A stretch of DNA of 64,000 bases from Amoeboaphelidium occidentale (Eukaryota), in the NCBI GenBank assembly GCA_023515795.1, contig JALGPX010000008.1:1-64000 (forward strand), in the 5' to 3' direction. Numbering within the stretch: position 1 is the first letter of the stretch; each line of letters begins with the position of its first letter. A program made the translations under genes and the position numbers. The notes under the pieces are model-generated. The model was given only the letters and a program-made list of their open reading frames with translations. It did not search any database and was not told the DNA's origin. Positions 61,294 through 64,000 of this stretch are shown here, one piece after another.

Positions 61294-62252
61294 ACTGGGG
61301 TTTGTTTGTACTGTTTGACAAGTCTCTGAACTGCACCCAACAATTGGGGGTAAGTCAATGATGGGTTAGACCTTAAAGCATCCACAAATGCTTTGCTCAA
61401 TACACCAAAACAGCCATCGACGCCAGTGCATACATCGGAACTAACTTCATAATCTTCGCACGAACTAAAAGCGAGAACCAACCCTTGAACATCTCTTGAT
61501 AATGTCAATAATGAAGGATCTTGTTTCTTACAAGACATCTGACATGTAACAAATCTTGATAAACCATCAGTGAACTTGGTCCATCCATTCTTCTTGTTGC
61601 CTTCAACTACTCTGCCCCATCTGTCGTAAATGAAGGGCAAATCCATAACGGTACCAGAGTGACAGGAATCAAACAAACACGTCAAGACAGAGCCAGCCTG
61701 TAAATTTTTAACCAAAATCTTGTTGAGGTCATCGTCTGTTATGACGCCATTCTTGTCAAAATCAACGGGATAAATAGTCTCATCGAAACCATCAATCTCT
61801 GTGCCATCGCTACGGTATTTCAGACCACCGTGACCAGAATAGTGAATAAGCATACGATCACCAGGTTGGCAGTCACCAGTTAACCAGTTTAAAGCAGCAA
61901 TTATGTTTTCCTTGGTTGGATACAGAGGTGTTCCCATATTCTGTTTCAAGTCAGTAAGGATCATGGCATCTTGATGCAACAAAGGAAAGGTGTACATTTG
62001 CTGAAAGAACGATTTAGTATTCATCACATCGTTAACGCAGCCCCTGAGCTCAATGTTCGACCCAAAGTAGTTAATACCAATGAACAAGGCTTTTGATCTA
62101 CCGACAATCTGCGGTCTAGGCTTTCGAAACATTGGGATTAACTCTTTACCAGCCATCGTTCTGTGCTTATTTGGGACATCTGAGCGTCTAATATCGTTCA
62201 TTTCGATAATAAGAATGTCATGGGAAGTCGAACTTAATAAGAATGCTAGCAT
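61245..62252 (-). CDS. MCA1: Type I metacaspase (start codon uncertain: 62252, 62201 or 62156)
   Basis: KALFIGINY, LRGCVND, HYSGHG, DETIYPVDF and DSCHSGTVMDLP motifs. Confidence 0.92.
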   Translation of the reverse strand: MLAFLLSSTSHDILIIEMNDIRRSDVPNKHRTMAGKELIPMFRKPRPQIVGRSKALFIGINYFGSNIELRGCVNDVMNTKSFFQQMYTFPLLHQDAMILTDLKQNMGTPLYPTKENIIAALNWLTGDCQPGDRMLIHYSGHGGLKYRSDGTEIDGFDETIYPVDFDKNGVITDDDLNKILVKNLQAGSVLTCLFDSCHSGTVMDLPFIYDRWGRVVEGNKKNGWTKFTDGLSRFVTCQMSCKKQDPSLLTLSRDVQGLVLAFSSCEDYEVSSDVCTGVDGCFGVLSKAFVDALRSNPSLTYPQLLGAVQRLVKQYKQTPVLSSNKKVDLNIPFSM

Positions 62253-62445
62253 TGTTTACATAGTTGAGCAGGAAGGGCAAGTGTCGCGAAAGGATTCGAG
62301 GTTGTTTGAGCGCGCTCCACTCAACATCAACCGTCATACTTTAACGCATTCAAGTTGCATGTCTCTGTTGCTTTAGGAAGGCATGTTATATTCGTTGCCT
62401 TGAGAACAGCGCATGAAACATTTTAAAATCCCTGTCTATAGAGAA

Positions 62446-63010
62446 TCACTTTCTATTTGGTGGCGACATTGGCTCAATTGGCTTGCTTGGCTGTGGCGGT
62501 TTTCTAGACTCTTCAAAGTAAACCTCTTTCGGTTTGTTCTCTACAAGCACAAGATCAATTAATTCTGTGCTTCAACAAGGAGTATCATACCTGCTTCTAC
62601 TCTTTCATTTAGCTTCTTATACTCTGGCTGTGTCTGTAACAGTTCCTCTTTTCTCTAATTGTTAAAATCACTGACGTACCGATCAAGTGCCATACCTTTC
62701 TCCATTGCTCATCCAATTGTTTAGCCCGTTGTTGTACGAGAGCTTGTCGCTGTAAGTCTGCCATGATTTCCTCTAACGTGGGTGGCTCCAGTCTAGTATG
62801 AGAAAGCCAAGAGCGCCATTGCACGGGTATCTTATCAGAATTATATCCAGCAGGACTCATATTAGTTGGCCCACCGCGATATCCCGCAGCTGTCATGGTC
62901 CTCCTGGTCCTCGGTCTGCCTGGTACAACTTCTTCGTAATAGCTATTTCCATAATTATCTTTACCCTTGAACTTTCTACGGGAGAACCAACTGAACAAGT
63001 TTCGGATCAT
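62446..63010 (-). CDS. NDUFA12/NDUFAF2 family complex I subunit or assembly factor
   Basis: GKDNYGNSYYE and IPVQWRSWLSHTRLEPPTLEE motifs; introns 62655-62695 and 62541-62590. Confidence 0.85.
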
Positions 63011-63056
63011 TGTGATATCAAAACTGATGTACAGCTTTATTAAATACTAAAATAAC

Positions 63057-63710
63057 TCATAATTCCTGTCTCAAAAGCGTTTGTTCTGGATACTGAAAGT
63101 TCGTAATGGTGTTATCATTTGTACAATCGCATACTTCTATCTGAGCCTCTGTGTACTTTTCGCATGTACCCTTAGATCTCACCACAGTATCTAAGCGCAC
63201 CACATTCTGTTGACAAATATGCATCATAGAGGGATTATAGTTGGGCCCTTCTTTACCCTGAGGTCCAAATCTTGCATAGCATGTGTTGATCATACAGCCA
63301 CCAAGCTTTGTATCGCATTCTGCCTTGCGCACTCCACAAGAACGGTAACAAACATCTAGATCCCTACAACAAGTTTTAAACTCATTACCAAACATATCAG
63401 GACTCAATAGACCGAAGCATGTGGAGTTCGGTTCCTTTAAGTTAACATTTAATCGTTGCCTCGGGTTAACATCATGATCTGAACACATGAAAGCATCACA
63501 TTGTGCTCCAGGTGGATGTGCATTATCCATATTATTTTTGAATGATCTGGTTGGTTTTAAACCATCGTAAACCTTATTATCAATAACAATATTATCTCTC
63601 ATATTCATAATGGCTGGAGTCTGAGTGACTTCCGGAGCATAACCAGAGCATGTAGATAACGCTAGCATGAAAAACAGCGAGTTTGAAACAATTCTCTTTA
63701 GGTATTCCAT
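63057..63710 (-). CDS. Secreted group XII phospholipase A2-like protein with the catalytic His replaced by Leu
   Basis: Signal peptide from the ATG at 63710; FKTCCRDLDVCYRSCG..KAECD..L..CM...C and CEKYTEAQIEVCDC motifs. Confidence 0.75.
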   Translation of the reverse strand: MEYLKRIVSNSLFFMLALSTCSGYAPEVTQTPAIMNMRDNIVIDNKVYDGLKPTRSFKNNMDNAHPPGAQCDAFMCSDHDVNPRQRLNVNLKEPNSTCFGLLSPDMFGNEFKTCCRDLDVCYRSCGVRKAECDTKLGGCMINTCYARFGPQGKEGPNYNPSMMHICQQNVVRLDTVVRSKGTCEKYTEAQIEVCDCTNDNTITNFQYPEQTLLRQEL

Positions 63711-64000
63711 AATAGCTTGAGCTGAAACAATAAAGATATCCACAAAAGAATCACTTGGAACATGTTTGGATCCAAGCGAAGTTGTTGCAGTGTTTGGACA
63801 CATTCTTTTGTTTTCCATTACCAATTTGCTTTACCAGAATGCTCAGACTATCTTTAATCATTTGTTTTGTTCTCATAATTGCCCCAGTAAGCCTTCATAA
63901 CTCTTAAAGTCCCGTTTATGGTTTCGCTTTCTGTAGCAAACATGGTCACAATCTGAGTATATGAGCGCAGACACAGGCTTTGATGTTGAACAATTCAGAG

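Noticed and set aside
1..64000. Alternative genetic code (TAA/TAG read as Gln, known in one aphelid)
   Set aside because: Conserved proteins end at TAA exactly at their family C-termini (PPG1 YFL-TAA, RPL37, UCH, Spc25), and long ORFs have no internal TAR codons.
1..64000. Prokaryotic systems (CRISPR arrays, operons, IS elements), rRNA or tRNA genes
   Set aside because: The sequence is eukaryotic with spliceosomal introns. I saw no regularly spaced repeats, transposase ORFs or recognisable structural RNA genes by eye.
63870..64000. Possible 3' end of a minus-strand gene at the window edge
   Set aside because: Only about 40 codons are visible and there is no recognisable motif.

Overview
This is gene-dense eukaryotic DNA with about 43 protein-coding genes in 64 kb. 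It uses the standard genetic code and has very short GT-AG introns (almost all 32-51 nt) and intergenic gaps as small as 10-14 nt. The gene content points to a compact early-diverging fungal-lineage (Holomycota) parasite. An aphelid- or rozellid-like organism is my inference and is not shown by the sequence. Housekeeping genes include a UCH deubiquitinase, PRS, DNA ligase I, ZNG1/CobW, Spc25, RPL37 (missed by the ORF track), MIC10, photolyase, NRDE2, PPG1, ABCG, HNT1, MOB1, EFM4 and a metacaspase. Eight N-gaps are flanked by near-identical duplicated copies, which look like unmerged haplotypes. The main oddities are: (1) a ~1205-aa receptor kinase with an extracellular WD40 array and a truncated kinase C-lobe; (2) a six-exon SYCP2-like meiotic axis gene; (3) a KH-domain protein fused to a Cet1/triphosphate-tunnel-like domain; (4) two tandem membrane-anchored pseudo-SET proteins; (5) a shared TGAAACCGCGA(T/A)TT element in three divergent promoters; (6) apparent pseudoenzymes (Lnt-like, group XII PLA2-like) and a Crinkler-like NTPase. 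All family assignments come from recognising motifs by eye; no database searches were run.
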